Source: Actinomycetota bacterium
GTDB taxonomy: Bacteria; Actinomycetota; UBA4738; HRBIN12
Assembly: GCA_041287635.1 (NCBI GenBank)
Contig: JBGGNG010000047.1
Location: forward strand, 4,501-68,500
Length of the DNA: 64,000 nucleotides
Direction: 5' to 3'
Within the stretch, counting starts at the first letter, position 1; every line of letters starts with the position of its first letter. Shown here piece after piece: positions 45,949 to 59,287 of this stretch. Made by a program: the position numbers and the translations under genes. Below the pieces are notes generated by a model. It was not told the origin of the DNA, ran no database searches, and was given only the letters and a program-made list of their open reading frames with translations.

Positions 45949-46704
45949 TCAACCCGTCCACGCGACCTCGATTTCACCGAAGGTCTCGGCTTGTGCGAGC
46001 TCGACCTTTCCTTCACGGTACAGCTCGAGGATGGCCAGGAATCGCACCACCACGTGGATCCGCTCGTCACAGTCGGCCACCAGGTCTCGGAACGTCGCCC
46101 CGCGTCCGATATCCGTGATCCGCTCCTCCAGTGTGGTCATCGCCTCAGCCACCGTGTATCGCACCGGCGTCACGTGGGAGAGATCGAGGGTCGGCGGTGG
46201 CCGGAGCAGCGCAGCCGCCATCGTCGCCAGTTGCTCCGGTCGAAGATGCGTCATCGGGTCGGGGTACAGGTGCGAGAACTCCGGTCCGGGTCCAACGTCG
46301 CGCGCGAAGTACCCGGCCTCGTCCTCGAGCCGGCGCGCGATCTCGAGGGCGACCTTGCGAAACGCGGCGAGCTCGAGCGATCGCGCGTAGGCGAGGTCGG
46401 GCGACCTGCCCAACAGATCCTCATCGTCGAGTTCCGTGTGCTTCGGGGTGAGACGCGACACCTTCAGCTCCAGCAGCACGGCGCAGATCGCGAGGAACCA
46501 CGTGGCCTCCTCGAGGTTCCAGCCGTCGGCGTCCTTCGTGTGTGCGAGGTAGCGATCGGTCACCGTGGCGACCGCGATGTCGCAGACGTCGACCTTCTGC
46601 TCGAGGATCAGCTCCGCGAGCAAGCGGAAAGGACCCGTGAAGACCGGCAGCTCGACGACGAACGAGGTCGACGTCGTGGGGGCCGGGGCGGCAGCATCGC
46701 TCAT
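45949..46704 (-). CDS. scpA: Segregation and condensation protein A
   Basis: LPVFTGPFRLLAELILEQKVDVCDIAVATVTDRYL is the kleisin N-terminus. ATG 46704. Confidence 0.85.
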   Translation of the reverse strand: MSDAAAPAPTTSTSFVVELPVFTGPFRLLAELILEQKVDVCDIAVATVTDRYLAHTKDADGWNLEEATWFLAICAVLLELKVSRLTPKHTELDDEDLLGRSPDLAYARSLELAAFRKVALEIARRLEDEAGYFARDVGPGPEFSHLYPDPMTHLRPEQLATMAAALLRPPPTLDLSHVTPVRYTVAEAMTTLEERITDIGRGATFRDLVADCDERIHVVVRFLAILELYREGKVELAQAETFGEIEVAWTG

Positions 46705-46723
46705 CGCATCTTCCTCGGATCGT

Positions 46724-47800
46724 TCACGATAGATGCATCGCCTCTCGCACCGACGCGAGCGTCTCACGCACGACCGGGCGCACCTGCTCGGCGCCTTCGG
46801 CGAGCACCCGCTCGACGAGGCCGGGCTCGGCAGCGAGCTCGGAGCGGCGTTCCCGATAGGGCCGGAAGAACTCGATCAGGTGGTCGGCCAAGATCGTCTT
46901 GCAGTCGACGCACCCGAGCTCGCCCGAGCGGCACCCCGCTTCGATCTCGTCGATCCGTTCGGACGAGAACTTCCGCTGCAGCGCGAAGATCGGGCAGATC
47001 TCGGGGCGCCCCGGATCCCCGCGACGCACCTTCTTGGGATCGGTGATGAACGAGCGCACGCTCGCCCGGATCGCGTCCTCCTCGTCGCGCACCCAGATCG
47101 CGTTGTCGAGTGACTTCGACATCTTCCGCCCGTCCGAACCAGGGATCAGCGGCGTCTCGGACAGCAGCGGCTGTGGCTCGACGAGCACCTCGCCGTAGAG
47201 GCGGTTGAAGCGGCGCACGATCTCCCGACTGACCTCAAGGTGGGCGACCTGGTCCTCCCCCACCGGCACGAGGGCTCCTCGCACGATCGCGATGTCGGCC
47301 GTCTGCAGCACCGGATAGCCGAGCAGTCCGTAGTTCGCGACGTCGCGCTCGGCCATGTCGCGCAGACGCTCCTTGAACGACGGCACGCGCTCGAGCCAGC
47401 CGAGCGGCGTGATCGTGCCGAGCAGCAGCGCCAGCTCTGCGACCTCGGGGAGGTCGGATTGACGGTAGACCGTCGCTCGTTCCGGATCGATGCCGGCCGC
47501 GAGCCAGTCGAGCGCGAGCTCGTGCACGAACCCCGGCAGCTCGTCGGTGCGGTCGTAGTGGGTGTTCAGCATGTGCCAGTCGGCGAGGAAGAAGAAGCAC
47601 TCGCGCGACGGGTCGGACTGCAGGGCGAGCATGTTCTCGATGTTCCCGGCCCAGTGCCCGACGTGGAGCGGTCCGGTTGGCCGATAGCCGGTGAGCACGC
47701 GCGAGCGCGTGGGGGGCTGCGTCGAGGTGGCGACGGGCTGGTCGATGCGGGGGATGATAGCGCGGGCATGCCCCCGAACCGTCGAGGTGCTGCGGAGCAC
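46724..47800 (-). CDS. trpS: Tryptophan--tRNA ligase
   Basis: GYRPTGPLHVGHWAGN (HIGH-like) and KMSKSL. The start may be further downstream (for example GTG near 47734). Confidence 0.88.
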   Translation of the reverse strand: MLRSTSTVRGHARAIIPRIDQPVATSTQPPTRSRVLTGYRPTGPLHVGHWAGNIENMLALQSDPSRECFFFLADWHMLNTHYDRTDELPGFVHELALDWLAAGIDPERATVYRQSDLPEVAELALLLGTITPLGWLERVPSFKERLRDMAERDVANYGLLGYPVLQTADIAIVRGALVPVGEDQVAHLEVSREIVRRFNRLYGEVLVEPQPLLSETPLIPGSDGRKMSKSLDNAIWVRDEEDAIRASVRSFITDPKKVRRGDPGRPEICPIFALQRKFSSERIDEIEAGCRSGELGCVDCKTILADHLIEFFRPYRERRSELAAEPGLVERVLAEGAEQVRPVVRETLASVREAMHLS

Positions 47801-47812
47801 GTCGTCGGGCCG

Positions 47813-48484
47813 TCAGCCGAGTTGCATGACCGCCCGGCAGGTGAGATCGGTCGCCGCGTCACAGATCGCGCTCGTGATCGTCGTGAGGAACCCGAGCACG
47901 AGCGTGGAGAAGACGAACAGGGTGACCAGCACGAACAGCGGGAGGTACTTGTCGGCATTGCGGTACACCTCGCGCGCCTGCGGCGGCAGGAGCAGCCCCA
48001 CGATGCGGGCGCCGTCGAGGCCCGGGATCGGCAGCAGGTGGAACACGAGCAGGGCGGCGTTCGTGAACGCGAAGACCACCAGCGCGCGGGCGAACTCGAG
48101 CGGCAATCCGCCGACGCGGACCGCGAGGCCCGCGAGGACCGTCAGCGCCAGATTCGCGACCGGTCCCGCGAGCGACACGAAGACCTGATCACGGGTCCGC
48201 CGCAGGTAGCTCGGGTCGACGGGCGCCGGCTTGCCGTACGCCGCGGGGATCACGAGCACCTGAACGGTCCAGAGCACCGCGATCAACGAGGGGACGAGCC
48301 CGCTTCCGAACGGCTCGAACCACGCCTTCGGGTTGAGGGTCAGGCGGCCCCAGAGGCGTGGCGTGGGATCGTGCAGCGTCGCCGCGGTGAGCGCCCTGGC
48401 GTACTCGCGTACGGACATGCCGATCGCGAGGGAGACCAGCATGAACACCGCGAGGCGGATGCCGAGAGCGGTGAAGTTGCCCAT
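47813..48484 (-). CDS. Site-2 protease (M50) family membrane protein with degenerate HExxH (RExxR)
   Basis: Family blocks DPTPRLWGRLTLNPKAWFEPFG, GKPAPVDP, LAGPVANL, FHLLPIPGLDGARI. The metal-binding HExxH position reads VREYARAL. Confidence 0.75.
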   Translation of the reverse strand: MGNFTALGIRLAVFMLVSLAIGMSVREYARALTAATLHDPTPRLWGRLTLNPKAWFEPFGSGLVPSLIAVLWTVQVLVIPAAYGKPAPVDPSYLRRTRDQVFVSLAGPVANLALTVLAGLAVRVGGLPLEFARALVVFAFTNAALLVFHLLPIPGLDGARIVGLLLPPQAREVYRNADKYLPLFVLVTLFVFSTLVLGFLTTITSAICDAATDLTCRAVMQLG

Positions 48485-48496
48485 GTCGTCGTCTCC

Positions 48497-49810
48497 TTAC
48501 TCGAGCCAGGTATGCACCAGCGGCGGCGGCTGCACCGTGCCCTCGCGCATCACGAGCGCGTCGAGGACACGCCGAGCAGCCTCGCGCGCGTCGTCGTCGT
48601 CGCGCGCATGCACCTCACCGATCGGCTCTCCGACATCGAGACGATCGCCGATCTTGCAGCGCACCACGATACCCACGGACGGGTCGATCGGGTCGCCCTT
48701 GTGCATGCGTCCGGCTCCCAGCGCCCCGCTCGCCAGGCCGATGTCCTCGGTCGCCATCCGGGCGAGCGTGCCGGCGCGGTCGGCCTCGATCGACATCACG
48801 ACCGGCGCCCGAGGCAGCACGCCGACGGGGTCGTCGACCACCCGCGGATCGCCTCCCTGCGCCTCGATCATGGCCCGGAAGCGCTCGAGCGCCGAACCGT
48901 CGTCGAGGGCTCGCTCCGCCTCCCTCGCCGCGGCGTCGAGATCGCGACCGGAGGTCACCGAGAGGCCTCGCGCCGCAAACGCCACCGCGAGCTCACGCAG
49001 ACGGCCTCGATGCACTCCCGTCAACACCTCGACCGCCTCCACGACGTCGAGCGCGTTCCCGACGGCGTCCCCGAGGGGCTGCTCCATGTCGGTGACCGCG
49101 ACCCGAGCCTGCCGCCCCCACCCACGTGAAAGCCCCAGGCACGCCTCGGCGAGCGCCTCGGCGTCCTCCGGCGACTTCATGAACGCGCCCGCGCCCGCCT
49201 TCACGTCGAGCAGGATCAGGTCGGTCTCCACGGCCAGCTTCTTCGACATCACGCTCGCCGCGATCAGCGGGATCGACGGCACGGTGGCCGTGGCATCGCG
49301 CAGCGCGTACAGCCTGCCGTCGGCCGGCACGAGCCGCGGAGACTGGGCCGCCACGGCGCACCCGACCTCGCGCACCTGGCGGGTCATCGCCTCCGGCTCG
49401 AGGTCGGTGCGCAGCCCCGGGATCGACTCCAGCTTGTCCAGCGTGCCACCTGTGTGTCCGAGCCCTCGGCCCGAGAGCTTGGCGACCGCCAGGCCGAGGG
49501 CCGCCGCGAGCGGAGCGAAGACGAGGGTCACCCCATCGGCGACACCGCCGGTCGAATGCTTGTCCACGGTCGGGCGATCGAGGCCGACGAAGCGCACGGT
49601 GTCACCCGAGGCGATGAGCGCCCGGGTCAGGGCGAGCGTCTCCGCCCCGTCCATGCCGCGCAGCAAGCACGCCATCAGGAAGGCCGATGCCAGCGCATCC
49701 TCGATCTCTCCCCGTGTGTAACCCTCGATGAACGCCTCGACCTCCTCGGCAGCAAGGGTGTGCCCGTCTCGCTTCGAGGCGACGATCTGTCGAGGATCGC
49801 TCACGGTCAC
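48497..49810 (-). CDS. deoA: Thymidine/pyrimidine-nucleoside phosphorylase
   Basis: KRDGHTLAAEEV, DKHSTGGVADG, SGRGLGHTGGTLDKLE, SVMSKKLA. Confidence 0.9.
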   Translation of the reverse strand: MTVSDPRQIVASKRDGHTLAAEEVEAFIEGYTRGEIEDALASAFLMACLLRGMDGAETLALTRALIASGDTVRFVGLDRPTVDKHSTGGVADGVTLVFAPLAAALGLAVAKLSGRGLGHTGGTLDKLESIPGLRTDLEPEAMTRQVREVGCAVAAQSPRLVPADGRLYALRDATATVPSIPLIAASVMSKKLAVETDLILLDVKAGAGAFMKSPEDAEALAEACLGLSRGWGRQARVAVTDMEQPLGDAVGNALDVVEAVEVLTGVHRGRLRELAVAFAARGLSVTSGRDLDAAAREAERALDDGSALERFRAMIEAQGGDPRVVDDPVGVLPRAPVVMSIEADRAGTLARMATEDIGLASGALGAGRMHKGDPIDPSVGIVVRCKIGDRLDVGEPIGEVHARDDDDAREAARRVLDALVMREGTVQPPPLVHTWLE

Positions 49811-49846
49811 GGGGTTCCTACACCTCCCCTGCAGTAGCTCTCGAGC

Positions 49847-51046
49847 TCACCCTCCACTTGACATCACTTCCGACTGAGAGCTGAACCCCAATCGATCCAT
49901 GAAGCTGGATCCGACCAGACCCTCGACCTGCACTCCGAGGAGAGATGCGACGGTGACGCCGAGATCGCCGAAGCCGTCGCGGATGCCGATCTCGTACGGA
50001 CCCGCGGCCAGACCCGCGGCGAGCAAGGGGGTCCGTTCCCGGGAATGGTCGGTCGGTGGTGTCGTGGGGTCGCAGCCGTGGTCACCCGTGATCAGCATCA
50101 CGCCGCCGTACAGCGCCTCGATGAGTTCGGGGACCCGACGGTCGAACGCCTCAATCGCCGCGGCATACCCGACCGGATCGTTCCGGTGGCCGTACTTCGA
50201 ATCGAAGTCCACGAGGTTCGTGAACACGAACGCCGGCCCGGGGCGCTGCAGGTACTCGACGGTGAGGTCTACGCCGTGATCGTTCGAGTCCGAGTACCGC
50301 GCCTCGGTGATGCCATGACGGTCGAAGATGTCCTGGATCTTGCCGACGCCGTAGACGGGTACAGTCGCCGACTGGAGCGCGTCGAGCACGGTGGGACCGG
50401 GCGGCGGCACGGAGAGGTCGCGTCGCTCGGGGCTGCGGACGAACGCCCCCGGTTCACCCTCGAACGGCCGAGCGATGACCCGGCCGACGCGATGCGGGGG
50501 CACCAGCAACTCTCTCGCGACGCGGCACCACTCGTAGAGACGATCGAGGGGCACCACGGCCTTGTGGCACGCGATCTGGAAGACGGAATCGCCGCTCGTG
50601 TACACGATCGGGTCGCCGGTGGCCAGATGCGCCTCGCCGAGCCTGGCGATGATCTCCGTACCCGAGGCAGGCTCGTTACCCAGGATCTGATGGCCGATCG
50701 CTCGCTCGAACGGCTCCACGATGTCGGCGGGGAACCCGTCGGGGTACAGGGGAAAGGGTTCGTCGAGCCGGATCCCCATCATCTCCCAGTGCCCGGTCGT
50801 CGTGTCCTTGCCGGCCGAGCGTTCGACGGCCCATCCATGACCCGTACTTGTCCCGGCGCGTGGCTCGATCCCTTCGATGCTAGTGAGCAGGCCGAGGCCG
50901 AGCGACTCGAGGGCCGGCGCGTGGATGCCACCGACCGCGCGCGAGGTGTTCCCGAGGGTATCGGAGCCCTCGTCGCCGTAGGCAGCCGCGTCGGGCGCCC
51001 CGCCGACCCCCCAGGAGTCGCACACGAGGACCAACACCCTCGGCAC
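49847..51046 (-). CDS. deoB: Phosphopentomutase
   Basis: VLVCDSWGVGGAPDAAAYGDEGSDTLGN, FVFTNLVDFDSKYGHRND, ITGDHGCDPT. GTG 51046 chosen to avoid overlap with the upstream gene. Confidence 0.88.
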   Translation of the reverse strand: MPRVLVLVCDSWGVGGAPDAAAYGDEGSDTLGNTSRAVGGIHAPALESLGLGLLTSIEGIEPRAGTSTGHGWAVERSAGKDTTTGHWEMMGIRLDEPFPLYPDGFPADIVEPFERAIGHQILGNEPASGTEIIARLGEAHLATGDPIVYTSGDSVFQIACHKAVVPLDRLYEWCRVARELLVPPHRVGRVIARPFEGEPGAFVRSPERRDLSVPPPGPTVLDALQSATVPVYGVGKIQDIFDRHGITEARYSDSNDHGVDLTVEYLQRPGPAFVFTNLVDFDSKYGHRNDPVGYAAAIEAFDRRVPELIEALYGGVMLITGDHGCDPTTPPTDHSRERTPLLAAGLAAGPYEIGIRDGFGDLGVTVASLLGVQVEGLVGSSFMDRLGFSSQSEVMSSGG

Positions 51047-51084
51047 GAGCGCGATGCTCCCTCTCCCTTGGTCGCGCGGGCCGT

Positions 51085-51438
51085 TCACGCGCCGATCCCA
51101 TCCTGCTTGCAGTCGATGCACAGCATCGCCCATGGGAGCGCCTCGAGGCGCTCCGGGGCGATCTCGCGGTCACAACGCTCGCATCGGCCGTACGAGCCGG
51201 CATCCATCTTGGCGAGCGCCCGGTCGACGTCGCGCAGGTTCGAGCGCAGCGCCCGTGCCACCGAGATCAGGTGCGAGCGCTCCTCGGTGTTGTGGGAACG
51301 ATCGGCGAACCCGGCGTCGTCCACGAACGTCACCTCGTCGGAATCCGGATCGGCGCCGAGGGCCACGATCTCCTCGCGCAGGTGCACGCGCTGGTCCTCG
51401 AGCGTCAACCGCAGCGACGCGGCGGTGGACTCATCCAT
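51085..51438 (-). CDS. DksA/TraR-family C4 zinc-finger protein
   Basis: C-terminus GSYGRCERCDREIAPERLEALPWAMLCIDCK. AGGAGG-like SD upstream of ATG 51438. Confidence 0.75.
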   Translation of the reverse strand: MDESTAASLRLTLEDQRVHLREEIVALGADPDSDEVTFVDDAGFADRSHNTEERSHLISVARALRSNLRDVDRALAKMDAGSYGRCERCDREIAPERLEALPWAMLCIDCKQDGIGA

Positions 51439-52420
51439 CGTGTGCCTCCTGACCGTGAGCGATCGCGTCGCTCGAGCGTGTTGCCGCGGCGGGCGGTCGC
51501 CGCGCTCGAGGGTGGGACGTGTAGTAGACCTCACGCAGGTGCTCCCGGGTGACCAGCGTGTAGATCTGGGTCGTCGCCACGCTCGCATGCCCCAGCAGCT
51601 CTTGCACGACCCGCACATCGGCCCCCCCTTCGAGCAGGTGCGTCGCGAACGAGTGCCGCAGGGTATGCAACGAGACGTGCCGGTCGATGCCGGCCGCCCT
51701 CGCGGCCGCTCGCACCATGCGGTCACAGCTCTGACGCGACAGACGCCCGCCTCGCTGGTTCAGGAACAGCGCCCCTCTCGCCCGGCCGGATACGAACGCC
51801 GGGCGAGTCGTGGTGAGATAGGCCCCCACGGCCTCCCGACCGTATCGCCCGACGGGAACCTCCCGTTCCTTCCCCCCCTTGCCGAGCACCCGCACGGCGC
51901 CCTCCTCGAGATCCACGTCGTCGACGTCGAGCCCCGTGAGCTCGGAGACGCGCAGCCCCGAGCCGTAGAGGAGCTCCAGGATCGCTCGGTCTCGACGCCC
52001 TGCCGGGGTCGCCGGATCGGGCGCCGCCAGGAGCCGCTGGATCTCGTCCACGGTGAGCGGGTGCGGCAACGAACGGGGCAGCTTCGGCTGGGCGACCCCG
52101 ATCGCCGGATCTCGATCGGTCACCCCCTCACGCACCAAGAACCGGTGGAACGATCGCACCGACGACAGGGCGCGGGCCACCGACGTCGCCCGGTACGGCC
52201 GTTCGTCGTCGCCGTGCGTACTCGCGCTGATCGACGCGAGGAAGGACCGCACGATGGCCTCGTCGACCTCGGCCGGCTCGAGGACGTCTCGCGAGGCGAG
52301 GAAGCCCCCGTATCGAGCGAGGTCGCGACGGTAGGCGGCGATCGTGTGCTCCGAGAGGCCCCGCTCCACCGTCAGATGATCGAGGTAGCGGACGACCTCG
52401 GTCTCGATCGACGTGGTCAT
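51431..52420 (-). CDS. xerD: Tyrosine site-specific recombinase XerD
   Basis: SAM-like N-terminal domain (YLDHLTVERGLSEHTIAAYRRDL). Catalytic RxxR...HTLRHSFATHLLEGGADVRVVQELLGHASVATTQIY. Core context next to the NUDIX gene and pyrG. Confidence 0.88.
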   Translation of the reverse strand: MTTSIETEVVRYLDHLTVERGLSEHTIAAYRRDLARYGGFLASRDVLEPAEVDEAIVRSFLASISASTHGDDERPYRATSVARALSSVRSFHRFLVREGVTDRDPAIGVAQPKLPRSLPHPLTVDEIQRLLAAPDPATPAGRRDRAILELLYGSGLRVSELTGLDVDDVDLEEGAVRVLGKGGKEREVPVGRYGREAVGAYLTTTRPAFVSGRARGALFLNQRGGRLSRQSCDRMVRAAARAAGIDRHVSLHTLRHSFATHLLEGGADVRVVQELLGHASVATTQIYTLVTREHLREVYYTSHPRARRPPAAATRSSDAIAHGQEAHDG

Positions 52421-52449
52421 GGCCCTCCCCGGCTCACCACCGGGATCTC

Positions 52450-53577
52450 CTAGCCTGCCCCGCCGCCGATTTGCTGCGCGATCGGCGCCACGTCGAGGCC
52501 GTGAGCGGCCCCGACCCCTTCGTTCGTGATCGTTCCCGCGACGACGTTCACCCCGAGGGCGAGGGCCGGGTCCGCCCGCACCGCCTCGTCGATCCCGTGG
52601 TCCGCGATCGCGACGACGTAGGGCAGCGTGGCGTTCGTGAGGGCGTACGTCGACGTCCGCGGCACGGCCCCCGGCATGTTCCCGACGCAGTAGTGCACGA
52701 CCTCGTCGACGACGAACGTCGGATCGGAGTGCGTCGTGACGTGCGAGGTCTCGAAACACCCGCCTTGGTCGATCGAGATGTCGACCAGCACCGACCCGGG
52801 GTGCATCGCCGACACCGTCTCGGCGGTGACGAGATGAGGCGCCCTCGCTCCGGGAACGAGCACCGCACCGATGACCATGTCGGCGCCGACCACGAGTCGC
52901 TCGACGGCGAGAGCGGAGCTCATCACGGTCTGGATACGCCCGTGCCAGACCCGGTCGATGTCGCGGAGCCGGTCGACGTTGCGATCCACGACGGTGACCT
53001 CGGCCTCCATGCCTGCGGCGATCTGCGCGGCGTTCGCCCCCGCCATCCCGGCACCGAGCACGACCACCCTTGCGGGGGCCACGCCCGATGCGCCGCCCAT
53101 CAGCACGCCCCGCCCGCCCCGAGGCCGCTCGAGGAACGCTGCACCCTCCTGAGGGGCCATGCGACCCGCGATCTCCGACATCGGCGCGAGCAACGGTAGC
53201 CTGCCGTCGTCGGTCTGAACCGTCTCGTAGGCCACCGAGGTCACGTTCCGCTCGGCGAGGAACCTCGTCAGCCGCTCGTCGGCCGCCAGGTGCAGGTAGG
53301 TGAACAGCACCTGCCCGGGGCGGAACCGCTCGTACTCCTCGGGCCGCGGCTCCTTCACCTTCACGATCAGCTCGGCCTCGGCGAACACCGCGTCGGCGTC
53401 CGCCACGATCTCGGCGCCCGCGACCTCGTAGTGCTCGTCCGCGATCGCGGACCCCAGGCCGGCGGACGCCTCGACGAAGACGCGGTGCCCGGCCCGCACG
53501 AGCTCGCGAACCCCCTCGGGCGTCGCCGCCACGCGGTATTCGCTGTCCTTGACCTCTTTCGGGATCCCGACGTGCAC
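52450..53577 (-). CDS. ald: Alanine dehydrogenase
   Basis: MHVGIPKEVKDSEYRVAATP, VVVLGAGMAGANAA NAD fold. 375 aa. Confidence 0.92.
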   Translation of the reverse strand: MHVGIPKEVKDSEYRVAATPEGVRELVRAGHRVFVEASAGLGSAIADEHYEVAGAEIVADADAVFAEAELIVKVKEPRPEEYERFRPGQVLFTYLHLAADERLTRFLAERNVTSVAYETVQTDDGRLPLLAPMSEIAGRMAPQEGAAFLERPRGGRGVLMGGASGVAPARVVVLGAGMAGANAAQIAAGMEAEVTVVDRNVDRLRDIDRVWHGRIQTVMSSALAVERLVVGADMVIGAVLVPGARAPHLVTAETVSAMHPGSVLVDISIDQGGCFETSHVTTHSDPTFVVDEVVHYCVGNMPGAVPRTSTYALTNATLPYVVAIADHGIDEAVRADPALALGVNVVAGTITNEGVGAAHGLDVAPIAQQIGGGAG

Positions 53578-53664
53578 GCGAGGTGCCTCCTCATCCTCAG
53601 CCCGCCCGGCGCCCGCCCAGACATCCGCCGCCGTCCGTTCCGACGCAAGCGTACTGAACCAGGC

Positions 53665-54201
53665 TCAGGAACGCGCCGTCTCGCCCGGGGGCAGGGGCGG
53701 GCGCCCGGCCGCCATCAACAGCGCGACGGCGGTCTTGGCGTCGCGGACCCGGCCCGACCGGGCGGCGTCGACCATGCGCTGGAAGGGTTCGAGCCGCAGC
53801 TCGATCCCCGGCTCGACCGGCCCCGACGGCTCGGCCTCGGTGCGCGCCCAGAACAGGTGCACGTACTCGTCGCTCGACCCAACCGTCGGGTAGATGCCGC
53901 CGAGGAACTCGATCGCCGTATGACGGTAGCCGGTCTCCTCGTAGAGCTCCCGGGCCGCGGCGCTCACGGCGTCCTCCCCGTCGACGTCCAGGATGCCGGC
54001 CGGGACCTCGGTCATCGCCTGGCGGACCGCGGGCCGGAACTGCCGCACGAGCACCACGCGATCGTCGGGGGTCAGCGGCAACACCGCGGTGGCGTCGTGA
54101 CGGCGAACGACCTCCCAGGCACCCATCTCGGACCATTCCTCGACGTCGACCCTCACGAACGCTCCCTGGAACGCGGTCCGTGCGGTGAGCGGCTCGGGCA
54201 C
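53665..54201 (-). CDS. NUDIX hydrolase (ADP-ribose pyrophosphatase-like)
   Basis: Nudix box GILDVDGEDAVSAAARELYEETGY. GTG 54201 lies 8 nt after the pyrG stop. Confidence 0.8.
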   Translation of the reverse strand: MPEPLTARTAFQGAFVRVDVEEWSEMGAWEVVRRHDATAVLPLTPDDRVVLVRQFRPAVRQAMTEVPAGILDVDGEDAVSAAARELYEETGYRHTAIEFLGGIYPTVGSSDEYVHLFWARTEAEPSGPVEPGIELRLEPFQRMVDAARSGRVRDAKTAVALLMAAGRPPLPPGETARS

Positions 54202-54209
54202 CGCGCGCT

Positions 54210-57595
<3,386 letters not shown>

Positions 57596-57604
57596 GGGCG
57601 CATC

Positions 57605-58480
57605 CTACGGCCGGGCGCCGACATCGTCGGCGTCGGGCTCGCCGGGGCGCTCGCCTTCCGCGCCCGGCAGCCCGAACTTCTCGCGAACGAGGGAGAGGAA
57701 CTCCGGCGCGTCGTCGCGCCGCACGAGGCGGGCGGCGCGACCGGACGCGCGGATCCGCACGATCGAGCCCACCGGCAGCTCGATGCTCCGACGCCCGTCG
57801 GCAGAGAGCACCCCGCTCTCATCGCCCATCACCTCGAGCTGCACATGGCTCGAGGCGTTCAGCACGAACGATCGGTCGAACACCATGTGGGCAGCGATCG
57901 GCGTGAGCACGAGGGAATCCACCCCCGGGCTCACGATGGGCCCCCGCGCCGAGAACGAGTACGCCGTGGAACCCGTCGGGGTCGCCACGATCACCCCGTC
58001 GGCAGAGAACGTCGTCACGTAGACGCCGTCGACCTGCACGGCGAGGCGCACCAATCGATGTCGTGCGTGCTTCTCGACCATGACCTCGTTCAGGCCCCAC
58101 TGCGGGGGGAAGTCCGCGCCCGAGACGGGCTCGACGGTGAGTGCGAGCCGCTCCTCCACCCTGGCTCGGCCGTCCAGCACCGCACGCACGAGCGGCAGGG
58201 CGTCCACGGGCTCGACCTCGGTGAGGAACCCCATGCGCCCCACCTTGACCCCCAGCACCGGGCACCCGATGTGCGAGGCCGCATACGCCGCTCGTAGGAA
58301 CGTCCCATCGCCCCCGACGCTCACCACCAGGTCGAGGACCTCGCCGACCTCGGGCGAGTCTCCGTCGTCGGAGAGCAGCACGGTCGTGCCGCCCTCGCGC
58401 TCGATCGCCTCGCGTAGCTCCCGTGCCGCCTCGATCGCGGCCTGCCGCTTCGGGTGCATCACGACTCCGACCCGGCTCAT
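57605..58480 (-). CDS. nadK: NAD+ kinase
   Basis: VVSVGGDGTFLRA (GGDG), VLGVKVGRMGFLTE, TPTGSTAYSFSARGPIV. ATGA overlap with tlyA. Confidence 0.9.
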   Translation of the reverse strand: MSRVGVVMHPKRQAAIEAARELREAIEREGGTTVLLSDDGDSPEVGEVLDLVVSVGGDGTFLRAAYAASHIGCPVLGVKVGRMGFLTEVEPVDALPLVRAVLDGRARVEERLALTVEPVSGADFPPQWGLNEVMVEKHARHRLVRLAVQVDGVYVTTFSADGVIVATPTGSTAYSFSARGPIVSPGVDSLVLTPIAAHMVFDRSFVLNASSHVQLEVMGDESGVLSADGRRSIELPVGSIVRIRASGRAARLVRRDDAPEFLSLVREKFGLPGAEGERPGEPDADDVGARP

Positions 58481-59271
58481 GCCGCCACCTCTCGCCCCTC
58501 GGCGACAGCATCCTGCACGTCGATCGTGGCCGCCGCCACGCCGCGCCGGGCCGAGAGGAGGAACTCCACGTTGCCCGCGGGGCCCCGGACCGGTGACGCC
58601 ATCATCCCCTGCGGCGCGACCCCGGCGTCCGCCGCCGCCGCGATCACCTCCGACAGCACCCTCGCCCACACCTCGGGGTCGCGGACCACGCCGCCGCTGC
58701 CCACATCCGTCGGGCCGGCCTCGAACTGCGGCTTGACGAGGAAGACGGCCCCGGCGTCGTCGGCGGCGACCGAGCCCAAGGCCGGCATGACCGATCGCAG
58801 GGAGATGAACGAGAGATCGGCCACGACGAGCTGCGGGTGGCAGGGCACCGCGTCGGCCGTCAGCTCGCGCGCGTTCGTCCGCTCGAGCACAGTGACGCGA
58901 TCGTCCTCGCGCAGCCGCCAATCGAGCTGTCCATAACCCACGTCGACCGCGATCACGTGGCGGGCGCCGGCCCGGAGCAGGCAATCGGTGAATCCTCCCG
59001 TCGATGCGCCGGCGTCGAGGCAGTCGAGGCCCGCCGGGTCGATGCGGAATCGCGCGAGCGCGGCTTCGAGCTTGTCGCCTCCGCGCGAGACGTAGCGACG
59101 GGCCGGGCCGGCCAGCCCGACCGGCGCATCGGTGGCCACGAGGGTCGATGCCTTGGTCGCCCTGGTTCCAGCGACCAGCACGAGACCCGCCCGTACGGCC
59201 TCCTGCGCCTCAGCGCGCGAGGCCACCAGGCCACGGCGGACGAGCTCAGTGTCGAGGCGACGTCGGGTCAC
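58477..59271 (-). CDS. tlyA: TlyA-family rRNA 2'-O-methyltransferase
   Basis: S4 domain (RRLDTELVRRGLVASRAEAQ), SRGGDKLEAAL, FtsJ-type LDAGASTGGFTDCLL. Confidence 0.88.
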   Translation of the reverse strand: MTRRRLDTELVRRGLVASRAEAQEAVRAGLVLVAGTRATKASTLVATDAPVGLAGPARRYVSRGGDKLEAALARFRIDPAGLDCLDAGASTGGFTDCLLRAGARHVIAVDVGYGQLDWRLREDDRVTVLERTNARELTADAVPCHPQLVVADLSFISLRSVMPALGSVAADDAGAVFLVKPQFEAGPTDVGSGGVVRDPEVWARVLSEVIAAAADAGVAPQGMMASPVRGPAGNVEFLLSARRGVAAATIDVQDAVAEGREVAA

Positions 59272-59287
59272 CGTCGTCGCGTCCGGA

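Noticed and set aside
51431-52420. Tyrosine recombinase as a prophage or island integrase, with tRNA-Pro (39513-39586) as an att site
   Set aside because: The recombinase has XerD features and sits in the conserved NUDIX-pyrG-recN-nadK-tlyA context. The tRNA is 12 kb away, flanked by pgsA and der. No phage genes or direct repeats were seen.
57596-57604. SOS (LexA) or PafBC/RecA-NDp operator in front of recN
   Set aside because: Only 9 nt separate recN from the upstream nadK stop. I found no TCGAAC-N4-GTTCGA or TGTCGGTG-N8-TANNNT match nearby, so recN appears to be co-transcribed.
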